Made by a program: the position numbers and the translations under genes. A DNA stretch of 62,618 nucleotides, from the NCBI GenBank assembly GCA_934130485.1, contig CAKOYE010000002.1:1-62618 (forward strand). The letters are read 5' to 3'. Below the pieces are notes generated by a model, which had not been told where the DNA came from, did no database searches, and was given only the letters and a program-made list of their open reading frames with translations. Below, in pieces: positions 38,104 through 47,405 of the stretch. This stretch comes from an uncultured Bacilli bacterium. Its GTDB lineage: Bacteria > Bacillota_I > Bacilli_A > RF39 > UBA660. Position 1 is the first letter of the stretch. Each line of letters opens with the position of its first letter.

Positions 38104-38832
38104 TTAATTAAATTTATCTCTTATATCCTTACCAATATAATGTATAAATTTTGAATCATTATTTAATATTAATTTTGCGATATCTATATTATTTTTTACT
38201 AAATCTGATGCATTTATATATTTATAAATATCTTTTTCAAGATAATCTCTAGATTGTTCATACAATAAATTATTGATTTCTTTGTTATTTCGATAAAAAG
38301 TAGATGTTTGATATAGATTATTATTTTTATTATGCATACCCAGAAATATTTCAGTTACTAAATTATTTTTCTTCATTTGATTTAACACTAATTCTTCTGT
38401 TAAATATTTTACATCCATAAGTAATATCACTTTTTCATTTAGATTTAATAATTCTAACTGCTTATCTTTATCCTTTATATATTTAACTAGTTTATAATTA
38501 TCTTTTATATGTTGTTTAACTAATTCATAATCAAAATATAATGGAGTATTATCTAGGTATTCAACCATTTGTTTTCTTATCTTATTATTTTTATATTCTT
38601 CTACTTGTTCTATATAAAATATTTCAGTTTTATCTATTTTTGAAATCATTTCTAATAATTCATTGTTTAATCCATCCTTAAATATCTCATTTAGTCTATT
38701 ACTAAATATGCCCAAATTATTATCATAATCCTCTGACATGATAACATCATCAATATCAAAATAATCAAATAATTCTTCTATTGTATTTATAAGTTCTATT
38801 ATCTTTTCTTGATTTTGCATTTTATCACACAT
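38104..38832 (-). CDS. Hypothetical protein
   Basis: 242-aa ORF. I could not assign a family. Confidence 0.45.
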   Translation of the reverse strand: MCDKMQNQEKIIELINTIEELFDYFDIDDVIMSEDYDNNLGIFSNRLNEIFKDGLNNELLEMISKIDKTEIFYIEQVEEYKNNKIRKQMVEYLDNTPLYFDYELVKQHIKDNYKLVKYIKDKDKQLELLNLNEKVILLMDVKYLTEELVLNQMKKNNLVTEIFLGMHNKNNNLYQTSTFYRNNKEINNLLYEQSRDYLEKDIYKYINASDLVKNNIDIAKLILNNDSKFIHYIGKDIRDKFN

Positions 38833-38917
38833 ATATATTTATTACCTTTCTAAAACTTACATTAAATAAAAATGTATCGTGTCATAAATAGTATTTATTT
38901 TTAAATGTTCTTCAATA

Positions 38918-40207
38918 CTAATCCAGCTTATTTCTTAATTCACTAATATTACTTATAACTTTTACATTACACTCGAGTTCATCAGGAATTATCACTTTTT
39001 CTGATTTAATAACATTACCTAATTCTAGTGTACCATTTATATATTTTGGAAATGTTACATTTTTTATAGTTGTTAAAGAGTTCAATAATAAATCTTCACC
39101 TATGCTATCCGGAAAAATAGTATTTTCCACTATATTTAAATTAATTGCCGAAAGTGTTCCCTCAATTTTTCTAGGAAAAGTAACATTTTTCATTTCAGTA
39201 AGATTATTTATCCTAATGTTTGCTCCAATAAATTTCGGAAGTTCTACATCCTCTAATGATTTTAATTCTGTCAAACTAAGTGTTACACCTATGGATTTTG
39301 GAAGTTTTGTTTCCTTAAGACTAGTAATACTATCCAAGCTAAGATACCTACCTACAACAGTAGGTAACTTTATATTTTTAAAACTTTCCATGCTATTTAA
39401 ATAAAGACTTCCACCTACATACTCTGGAAAAATAATATTCTCAGCGCTTTTAATATTTCCTAAATCAATGTCACATAATACATAAGATGGAAGGATGTTA
39501 TTTTTAAAGCTTTTTAAATTACTTAAATAAAGATTTCCTAATATATATTTAGGAAGTTTTATATCAGTAATATCATCTAAATCGCTTAAATCCAGATTAC
39601 CAAAATGTGCAATAATATCACCTTTTAAAGCCTCTTCTCTTGTTAAAGAGATTTGTTCAATATCGCAATCAAATATTTTTGATAAATCCTTTTTTATATC
39701 TCTAGTATTAATAATCTCATTTATTCTATCATCATTTTTATATCCTATAAAATTTATTTTATGCTCTAATTCGTACAAGAATTTTAAATCGTTTTTATTT
39801 AAATCCTCTTTGTTAGTCCATTTAGAATAAATTTTAGTGAAATTCTGTAGTTCCCTTATTATTTTTTTATATTCTTCGTTATATGGAAATTCATCGATTT
39901 TTTTCTCTAATATCATTTCCATTTCTGATTCTATATTTCCATAAGGTGCTGCACCTGAAATTCTAGATATTTCACCATTTTTAGTTAGAATTGATATTCT
40001 TGGACATGTATATCTATTATCTCTATCCTTAGTATAATAAATATATATTTTTTCTTTATTTAATCCATGATTTTTTATAAATGAACTATTTTCTATTGCC
40101 CAGAACGAATTATGTTCAAATAAACTTTCAAGCAGTTTTTTCAAATCACTTTCATTTGTATATGTTATCCATTTTCCTTCTTCACACACATATTTATCTT
40201 TTATCAT
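38918..40207 (-). CDS. Leucine-rich-repeat (BspA-like, ~23-aa repeats) protein
   Basis: 429 aa. The C-terminal ~220 aa consists of repeats of the form LP.-IgG-L-L-.L-S-K-I-FP. Confidence 0.6.
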   Translation of the reverse strand: MIKDKYVCEEGKWITYTNESDLKKLLESLFEHNSFWAIENSSFIKNHGLNKEKIYIYYTKDRDNRYTCPRISILTKNGEISRISGAAPYGNIESEMEMILEKKIDEFPYNEEYKKIIRELQNFTKIYSKWTNKEDLNKNDLKFLYELEHKINFIGYKNDDRINEIINTRDIKKDLSKIFDCDIEQISLTREEALKGDIIAHFGNLDLSDLDDITDIKLPKYILGNLYLSNLKSFKNNILPSYVLCDIDLGNIKSAENIIFPEYVGGSLYLNSMESFKNIKLPTVVGRYLSLDSITSLKETKLPKSIGVTLSLTELKSLEDVELPKFIGANIRINNLTEMKNVTFPRKIEGTLSAINLNIVENTIFPDSIGEDLLLNSLTTIKNVTFPKYINGTLELGNVIKSEKVIIPDELECNVKVISNISELRNKLD

Positions 40208-40238
40208 ACTTTTTCTCCTAATAATCCGTTTAATGCTT

Positions 40239-40811
40239 TTATTTCACTTTACTTTTATATAATTTATAATAATCATCTTTTGACATTATATTTCTATATT
40301 CTATACTTTCGTTACCTAGAAAATTTCTAACTTTTATATGTTCGTATGGCTTAAATCCTAGTTTTTCACAATTTCTTTTTGATTTGATATTTCCTTCATA
40401 ATATCCATATATAATATTGTCAAAACCTAACGAATAAATATATTCCATCGCACTTATAAGTGCTTCTTTTACGTATCCATTTCCCCAGTAATTTGGATGT
40501 ATATAACATGATATTTCTAAACAATTTAGTTCTTCATTATATCTATCAAATCCTATATCTCCAATTGGTTCTAGTGTATCTTTTAAATATATAATAAATT
40601 CATAGCTTTTATCTTTTTCTAATCTTTTATAATGTTCTTCCATACTAGAATCATTAGCAAACCAACTTCTTACTTCATCTGGATCTCTTTTTACATATTT
40701 AAAGTTACCATCTATATCTTCTAAATAATTGAAATCAAATTCATGGACTTTTACATAGTCTTCAATTTCTCCATGTTTAATTATTAATCTTTCTGTTTCT
40801 ATTGGTGTCAT
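40239..40811 (-). CDS. GNAT-family N-acetyltransferase (RimJ/RimL-like)
   Basis: 190 aa. Starts TPIETERLIIKH and contains WGNGYVKEALISAMEYI. Confidence 0.7.
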   Translation of the reverse strand: MTPIETERLIIKHGEIEDYVKVHEFDFNYLEDIDGNFKYVKRDPDEVRSWFANDSSMEEHYKRLEKDKSYEFIIYLKDTLEPIGDIGFDRYNEELNCLEISCYIHPNYWGNGYVKEALISAMEYIYSLGFDNIIYGYYEGNIKSKRNCEKLGFKPYEHIKVRNFLGNESIEYRNIMSKDDYYKLYKSKVK

Positions 40812-40827
40812 ATTTTTCCTTTCTAAA

Positions 40828-41484
40828 TTATTTTATTATTAATTGTTCCTTTACCCAAACTTTTGCTTCTTCAAATATTTTTTCTGATCTTTCTCTTAAA
40901 TAATCAGGATTCTTATATAGCATAGTAATCTCTTCATCTGAATAGTTGTTTAAAATATAATTCCCAAGTGCATATGAATAATTATAATTACCTTTGTAAT
41001 GCCTAAAATCAGTTCGTAATTTGTCAAAATCACATTCATCAAGATTTTTAAGTTCATAATCTTGATTTGAAATATTTGTTGCAAGTCCTTCAGCAAACCA
41101 TGTTGTCTGCCTATAATCATTATGATATAGATGATGACATTGATGAACAATTTCATGAAGTACTGTTCCTTTTATTCTTTCAACACTAGCATTTTTATGA
41201 GTTGTATATCTCATTTGATCTGCTACATTTAGTATTCTAATTGTATTTGTCTTTGAATCAGAATCTCCTGAAACATAATCCTGTATTTCACCATACTTCG
41301 AAACTACAAATTCTTTAAAATGTTCATAACTAAGAATCATTATTTTAACTTTATTTGGGAGTTTATCTAGTTTAAAAAAATCTAATATTCTCTTTTCATT
41401 TTCTTTAATATGATTAACAACTTCGTCAAAATAATCAAGTTCTATATCACTTTCTATAATAAAATTATCTAGTTCTTTTCTCAT
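40828..41484 (-). CDS. Peptidase-MA-like HExxH protein (paralogue)
   Basis: 218 aa, with VLHEIVHQCHH...TWFAEGLATNIS. Confidence 0.55.
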   Translation of the reverse strand: MRKELDNFIIESDIELDYFDEVVNHIKENEKRILDFFKLDKLPNKVKIMILSYEHFKEFVVSKYGEIQDYVSGDSDSKTNTIRILNVADQMRYTTHKNASVERIKGTVLHEIVHQCHHLYHNDYRQTTWFAEGLATNISNQDYELKNLDECDFDKLRTDFRHYKGNYNYSYALGNYILNNYSDEEITMLYKNPDYLRERSEKIFEEAKVWVKEQLIIK

Positions 41485-41498
41485 CTATAACACACATC

Positions 41499-42113
41499 CT
41501 ATTTTATTTTTCTTTTTTTATAGTATTCTTCAAGAGTTAAATCTTCCTCATATAATTTTCTCGCCATCTCTTTTCCAACATATCTAATATGCCATGGTTC
41601 ATATTGCATTCCTGTAACTTCTTGCTTATGTTTTGGGTATCTTAATATAAATCCAAAATTATGAAGAATACTATGAATATATTTTGTTTCAGGATTATCA
41701 TCGCTACAAATACCTGCCCAATCATCATTTTTAAAATAATCACAATCTATAGCAAGTCCTGTATGATGTTCTGAGTATCCTGGAAGACACATTCTTCTTT
41801 TTGTTAATTCTAAACCATTTCTTTTTAGAAATGAATTATATTTATATTGTTGATTTTCTAATGATAAAAATCCTGAACATATATCAAATTCTATACCTTG
41901 ATTTACTAAAAACTGTTTTAGTTGATACCAAGATTTAGCTGTTTCTTTTTCTAAAAAAATTCTTTTATCCACGATATTATGACTCTCAAATATATCATCA
42001 TTATCACGAGTAAATTCTATTTCTACTAAAGATGGTTCAATAACTTCTTTTAAATATTTTATATCTATAGGATTTTCTTTATTAATTAATATTTCATAAT
42101 TCATTTTTATCAC
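41499..42113 (-). CDS. M15-family D-alanyl-D-alanine carboxypeptidase (VanY-like)
   Basis: 204 aa, with PGYSEHHTGLAIDC and EPWHIRYVG zinc-ligand motifs. Confidence 0.8.
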   Translation of the reverse strand: MIKMNYEILINKENPIDIKYLKEVIEPSLVEIEFTRDNDDIFESHNIVDKRIFLEKETAKSWYQLKQFLVNQGIEFDICSGFLSLENQQYKYNSFLKRNGLELTKRRMCLPGYSEHHTGLAIDCDYFKNDDWAGICSDDNPETKYIHSILHNFGFILRYPKHKQEVTGMQYEPWHIRYVGKEMARKLYEEDLTLEEYYKKRKIK

Positions 42114-42122
42114 CTACATATA

Positions 42123-44330
42123 CTATCTTAAATTAGTTTTATTTAATTCTTTTATATCAAATTGATTTACATATTCATTTAATTCTTTAAAAGTTAAATG
42201 ATTAGGTATATCATCAATTTCAGTAAGCTGTCTTTCATTTTTATTCCATTTACTTGTTATCCAATTTAATGCTTCTTCGATAGAATCATATTTATGGATA
42301 CCTTTGATTGGTGTCATAGAATGTTCAAAATGATACCAATAACCATCTTTCTTAAATAGAACAAAACAATGCATCTTTACAGTTTGATCAAAATTTTCTT
42401 CTGTTTCATATGCTCTATGGCAATATAATTTAGTTTCATATCCAAGCCTATCAAGACAAAATTTAATTAGTTTAGCATCCTCAGCACATGTTACAAGTCC
42501 TGTCTCAAATATTTCTTCTATAGTACTTGTCCTATAATTTTCTCTAACATGATTTAAAGTATTAATATATTTTTTTCCGGTTTTATCTACCCAACCGTAA
42601 GAAATATTTTTATCTAAAAACTCCATCAATTCTTCTGGTGTTTTAATTTTAAGAAATTGTTCTTTTCTATCATCTTTCATTCTTGTGTTTAAAAATAGTA
42701 ATGCTGAATCAAGTTGTCTATCATATTCGTTCTTATAATCTTCTATACTATTTTCAACATAGTAATCTGGTTTAAATATTTGTGGTTCAAAATAAATTTG
42801 GTTTTCGGGATTATTTTTGAACTTAATAAATTCTTCTTTTTCTTTTACTTGACTCATTGCTTTTGTTTCTTCATCATAATAAAAGTATTTATGTGCTACT
42901 GGTAGTATATATTTAGATATTGTTTGTCTTGATACATTTCCAAAACAATTTAAAGTTGTCCCTATTTCAGTTCCTATAAAAATACTTCCTATATTTTTCA
43001 AGTCAATAAGTGCCCATCTTCCTCCTGAGAATATATAGTTATTAGTTAATGTTACTATTTTTTTACCTTTTAAGAATTCTATTAATGGTTTTATATAATC
43101 TGCATTTCCACCCATATTTCCTCTTAAATCAATAACAAAATTATCAATATTTTTTTCTTCCGATATTTGTTTTATTTCATTAACTAAGTCTAACATTTGA
43201 CCAACGTACTCTTCACTACATGAATTATATACTATGTATATTGCATTATCCATTACTTCATATGAATAATTTCTTTTCATTTTATTTATATCTATTAGAT
43301 CTTTATTTTGTTTTTTTAATTTTCTTTTTATTATATGATTATCAATTAATATTTCATATTCAAACTCGCTTATATTACTATCTATTGATGGTAATGATTT
43401 TAGTTTTACTCCATTATATAGTATTGTTTCTATTTTAATTTGTAAAAAGCCGTCTGTTGAGTATGCAGTCATATTTTTAATTTCCTCAATCAATTTTTCT
43501 ATTTCAATATTATTAATTTTTAATATTTGACCATATAATAAATCTCTATTATCTTCATCTGTTCTTATGATATATAATTTATTATCTATATATTTTAATC
43601 TGATTGGTAAATTAAAATCAGCATCATTCCATATTAAATATGTATGTGAGTCAAATCTTCCAAATATTTTCTTTACAATTACATTTACAATATAATATAA
43701 GTCATATTTATCTTTTAATTCGTATTTAGCTAATAATTCTTCAACATAATTATTTAATTCTTCTTTTGTTATATTAAAGTACATATCTATATGTTTTTCC
43801 TCAATAATTGAAAGTATTTTTTCTAATTCTTTTTTATATCTATATTTATCCATTTCTTCATAACTAATATGATATGGATATTTGATTTGTTCAAATATTT
43901 CTATTTTATTTAGTTCTTGTTCTGTTATATCATTTTGAACAATAAATTTATGTTTAATGTCTTCTATTAATTCTTCATATGTATTATATTCATGAATTCC
44001 TCTTTCATCATACCAAGCGTTTTCAAACCAATAATATTTATCATTTTCTTTATAAATTAAGAATTGGTGTCCAGGTGCAGAATCTTCTCTTTCTATTTGT
44101 ATCACCATTACTTTATGTTCATAATTATTTTTAGAAAACCAATCTCTTTCAAATTCGGATTGGTCAACACAAATTCCTTTTTTATACTTTAATACTTCTC
44201 CTGGTGACATTAGGGAATAGTTTTCATACATATCTTCTGTGAATTCTTCATGAAAATCACCTTGTTTATCCATCCATGAATATTCAAACTGACTCATAAA
44301 TTCCAACAATTTCTGTGGTGTTTTTATCAT
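42123..44330 (-). CDS. Three-domain protein: transglutaminase-like Cys-protease fold, S41 peptidase domain, second transglutaminase-like fold
   Basis: ATG at 44330 follows GGAGGTATACT; the ORF track starts at 44357. The N-terminal domain has KKGICVDQSEF...GHQFLIY. The middle domain has VIDLRGNMGGN (S41). The C-terminal domain has GLVTCAEDAKL...MHCFVLF. Confidence 0.6.
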   Translation of the reverse strand: MIKTPQKLLEFMSQFEYSWMDKQGDFHEEFTEDMYENYSLMSPGEVLKYKKGICVDQSEFERDWFSKNNYEHKVMVIQIEREDSAPGHQFLIYKENDKYYWFENAWYDERGIHEYNTYEELIEDIKHKFIVQNDITEQELNKIEIFEQIKYPYHISYEEMDKYRYKKELEKILSIIEEKHIDMYFNITKEELNNYVEELLAKYELKDKYDLYYIVNVIVKKIFGRFDSHTYLIWNDADFNLPIRLKYIDNKLYIIRTDEDNRDLLYGQILKINNIEIEKLIEEIKNMTAYSTDGFLQIKIETILYNGVKLKSLPSIDSNISEFEYEILIDNHIIKRKLKKQNKDLIDINKMKRNYSYEVMDNAIYIVYNSCSEEYVGQMLDLVNEIKQISEEKNIDNFVIDLRGNMGGNADYIKPLIEFLKGKKIVTLTNNYIFSGGRWALIDLKNIGSIFIGTEIGTTLNCFGNVSRQTISKYILPVAHKYFYYDEETKAMSQVKEKEEFIKFKNNPENQIYFEPQIFKPDYYVENSIEDYKNEYDRQLDSALLFLNTRMKDDRKEQFLKIKTPEELMEFLDKNISYGWVDKTGKKYINTLNHVRENYRTSTIEEIFETGLVTCAEDAKLIKFCLDRLGYETKLYCHRAYETEENFDQTVKMHCFVLFKKDGYWYHFEHSMTPIKGIHKYDSIEEALNWITSKWNKNERQLTEIDDIPNHLTFKELNEYVNQFDIKELNKTNLR

Positions 44331-44365
44331 AGTATACCTCCAACATTTATATACCATTATTATAT

Positions 44366-45518
44366 CACGTATAATACTGATTAGTAAATGAATTAGATTT
44401 AAGAAATTTGATTATTTCTTCATTTACTATATAATATTTTTACATTCATTTTATAAAATGAATGTAAAATTCACGATTGAGTTTATGCAGATTATACCAG
44501 GGGTTATAAGATCCATTTTTATGACGGCTTAGCTCTTTTTTTTATTGTTCTAGTTTTAGAATGTGAGGATTTAGTCCTATATAACATGCGTGATGAGAAA
44601 ATATGAAGTACAAAAGAATTCAATCGTTTGAAAAGAAGTATGCTTTTAGCTATAGATGTAGCTAAAGGTAAAAGTATGGTAACTTTAATTAGTTCTAGTG
44701 GTGAAGTTCTAATTAATCCATATGAAATTAATCATTCTATTAATGATTTTTCTAATTTACTTAATAGAATTAATAATCTAAAATTAGAAAATATTTCTGT
44801 AATAATAGAATCAACAGGCATATATCATAAACCTATAGAAAGATTCTTTTTAGAAAATAATTTTAAAGTTTATACAATAAATGCTTTATCTTTTATAAGC
44901 AATTATCCACATGCAAATATAATTTCTAATACAAGAATAGATTGCTTACAAAACTATTTTAAAAATAATAACTTTAGGTATTGGAGAAGAAAAGCTACTT
45001 TAATTAAAGAAATAGCCAAATTATCTTATCCATCTGTATCAAAAAATGATGAACTTGTTGATATAAATAGATTTAATAACATTAAAGAAACAACTGCTTA
45101 CTGTGGACTCAATCCTTCAATTAAACAATCAGGTAAATCAATTGATATTCACGGTTCAATATCAAAATTTGGAAATAAATATATGAGAAAATTATTATTT
45201 ATCAGTTTCTTAAATATTGTTAGATTATCTTCTAAATGTCATATTGAAAATGATATTGAAATTTATTACAGAAAAAAACGTAATGAAGGTAAACATCATT
45301 ACGCCGCAATCATTGCTTGCACACTAAACTTCTACGTCAAATATTAGCTTTGTGCAAACAATTAGATAATTAGTAATCAACACCACTTGATTACTACTAT
45401 AGTATATACTAAATAACACATTATTATCAAATTTTTTAAAAAATTGATAATTTCGTGTCTTTTTAGTGTGTCTATAATACCATAAAAATTTATAGTTGAC
45501 AAATCTTATTTTTTTATA
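44366..45518 (+). mobile_element. Degenerate IS110-family element, copy 2 (right boundary uncertain)
   Basis: Same structure as copy 1. The SD upstream of the recombinase ATG is degraded (AAAAGAAGT versus GAGAGGAAGT). Confidence 0.55.
44640..45347 (+). CDS. IS110-family transposase/recombinase, shortened (copy 2)
   Basis: Identical to the 35412..36119 product. Confidence 0.65.
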   Translation: MLLAIDVAKGKSMVTLISSSGEVLINPYEINHSINDFSNLLNRINNLKLENISVIIESTGIYHKPIERFFLENNFKVYTINALSFISNYPHANIISNTRIDCLQNYFKNNNFRYWRRKATLIKEIAKLSYPSVSKNDELVDINRFNNIKETTAYCGLNPSIKQSGKSIDIHGSISKFGNKYMRKLLFISFLNIVRLSSKCHIENDIEIYYRKKRNEGKHHYAAIIACTLNFYVKY

Positions 45519-46472
45519 TTAAATACTTCTTGATTTTAATTTTTCTTTTTCCTCTTTAAGAAGTTGTTTTACTTTATCATTAGCAGGAGTTGGATTATGA
45601 CCAAATTCTTTATATGATTCAAAAAATGCATTAACGCCCTCTTGATTATAAATTAATTGAAATTTTTCCCATCTATCCGGAATCATTTTCTTTCCAATAA
45701 ATTTATATAATTGTTCAGTTTCCTCTGGTTTTAAAAATGGTGAATCACATACTTTATCTTCTTGATATAAAGGATCATTTATATCTTGTAATCCCATATA
45801 ATAAAATTGCTTGATTTTCTTAAATTCTTCTATTTTTTCATTAGTAATTTCATCAACATTTCCACAACCTATAGGATAAAGAAGTTTTTCCCCATTTATT
45901 TCTTTTAAAGGTAAAATACCAGTCCCACTGCATGCACCTGATATTATTAATCTAACAATTTCTGGATGTAAAATTGAAAATCTATTTGCAAATTTTGCAG
46001 AAGCAGAAAAACCATCTATAATTATTTTTTCATCGACAATGCATCCTAATTCTTTTAATTTTGATTTACAATCATCTATCATACTCATTAATTGTAAATC
46101 GATTCTTTTTAATCCATATTTATTATATTCTAGTGATTTAGAAGTCAACATATGTGTATAAATTCCACCTAATTCTTCGTCATAAATTCTTGGAAAGCAA
46201 GGTGTCAAAATAGGAAAATTGGTTTCATTATTAAAATCAATAATTTTTCTATTCATGCATGCTTCAATTACATCTTCAACACCTTCCTTAATTGTGTTAC
46301 TTGATTTGTTAGCATTTGCTCCCTCAACTATTAAAATTGTACTACTATCTATATTACTAGGAATAAATAAAGTATATGGAAAATTAAACCCATTTGATTC
46401 ATTAGATTCAACTAAATATAAAGATCCAGATACATTAATACTTTTATAATCAATATCTTCTATTTTTTTCAT
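45519..46472 (-). CDS. Alpha/beta-hydrolase-like protein (copy 2)
   Basis: Identical to the 36291..37244 product. Confidence 0.4.
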   Translation of the reverse strand: MKKIEDIDYKSINVSGSLYLVESNESNGFNFPYTLFIPSNIDSSTILIVEGANANKSSNTIKEGVEDVIEACMNRKIIDFNNETNFPILTPCFPRIYDEELGGIYTHMLTSKSLEYNKYGLKRIDLQLMSMIDDCKSKLKELGCIVDEKIIIDGFSASAKFANRFSILHPEIVRLIISGACSGTGILPLKEINGEKLLYPIGCGNVDEITNEKIEEFKKIKQFYYMGLQDINDPLYQEDKVCDSPFLKPEETEQLYKFIGKKMIPDRWEKFQLIYNQEGVNAFFESYKEFGHNPTPANDKVKQLLKEEKEKLKSRSI

Positions 46473-46608
46473 AAAAAATCTCCTTAATAATTTCTTTTAT
46501 TATACCACAATTTTAATAAAAAAATTAATTTAAATTACCAAGGTATTTTGCTTTTAATTTGTTAATTCTCAAAAATTTGTATTTTTTTAATATTTATTAT
46601 TAATAAGA

Positions 46609-47310
46609 TTATTTTCTACTATAGTTATTTGTGTTTTCTTCAACTAAATCACTTTTTATTCCATATTTATAATTATAATAATTTATAGATTTATTTAATA
46701 AATTTTCTTTAATAACTTTTAGTTCTATTTTTTCTCTTAATAATACAATAAAGTTGTTTTTACCTAATGTTTCAATTAAATAGTTAACCATTAAATATGC
46801 ATAATCGTAACTATCATAACTATGCATACCAAATTCATTTTCGATTTCACTTTGACTGGGAATTGGATTATTATTTATATAGTTATCTAACAGACATTTA
46901 ACACCTTTAGAATATGTACCATCTAAATATTTTGCAATACCTTCACTTAGCCATTCTGGTAAATATCCAAATAAATTATATTGTACAGCGTGTATTAATT
47001 CATGATAAATAACATTTTTATATTCTTCTTTAGACCATTCTTGTAGGCTAGGATTATCTTTTGGTTCAAAAAAATTTAAAGAATTGTCCTCATCTTTAAA
47101 ACAAGCACACATATAATCAGGAAAATCTTTAAATCCCCTATTTTTTAATCCATCTATTAAAGATTCAATACTATCATATATGTATATAGTGCATTGTAAA
47201 TCAGTTTCTTTTGCATTAAAAAAATTAAATATTTTTTCTTTATTTTGATTTATAATTTTTTTAATTTCTTCTCCATAATTGGAATTGTTGTTTTGAATTA
47301 TATACTTCAT
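46609..47310 (-). CDS. Peptidase-MA-like HExxH protein (copy 2, divergent N-terminus)
   Basis: Identical to the 37381..38082 product from residue ~27 onward. The first ~26 residues are diverged. Confidence 0.55.
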   Translation of the reverse strand: MKYIIQNNNSNYGEEIKKIINQNKEKIFNFFNAKETDLQCTIYIYDSIESLIDGLKNRGFKDFPDYMCACFKDEDNSLNFFEPKDNPSLQEWSKEEYKNVIYHELIHAVQYNLFGYLPEWLSEGIAKYLDGTYSKGVKCLLDNYINNNPIPSQSEIENEFGMHSYDSYDYAYLMVNYLIETLGKNNFIVLLREKIELKVIKENLLNKSINYYNYKYGIKSDLVEENTNNYSRK

Positions 47311-47405
47311 AAAAATATCATTCCTTTTAATTAGTTATATTTTATCATAAATTAAGCCTTTATGTATATTCTATTATACTATAAAAAAAAGCAAATTTTT
47401 GCTTT

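Larger units (their letters stand above)
44361..47234. repeat. Copy 2 of the ~2.9 kb direct repeat
   Basis: See 35131..38006. Confidence 0.9.
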
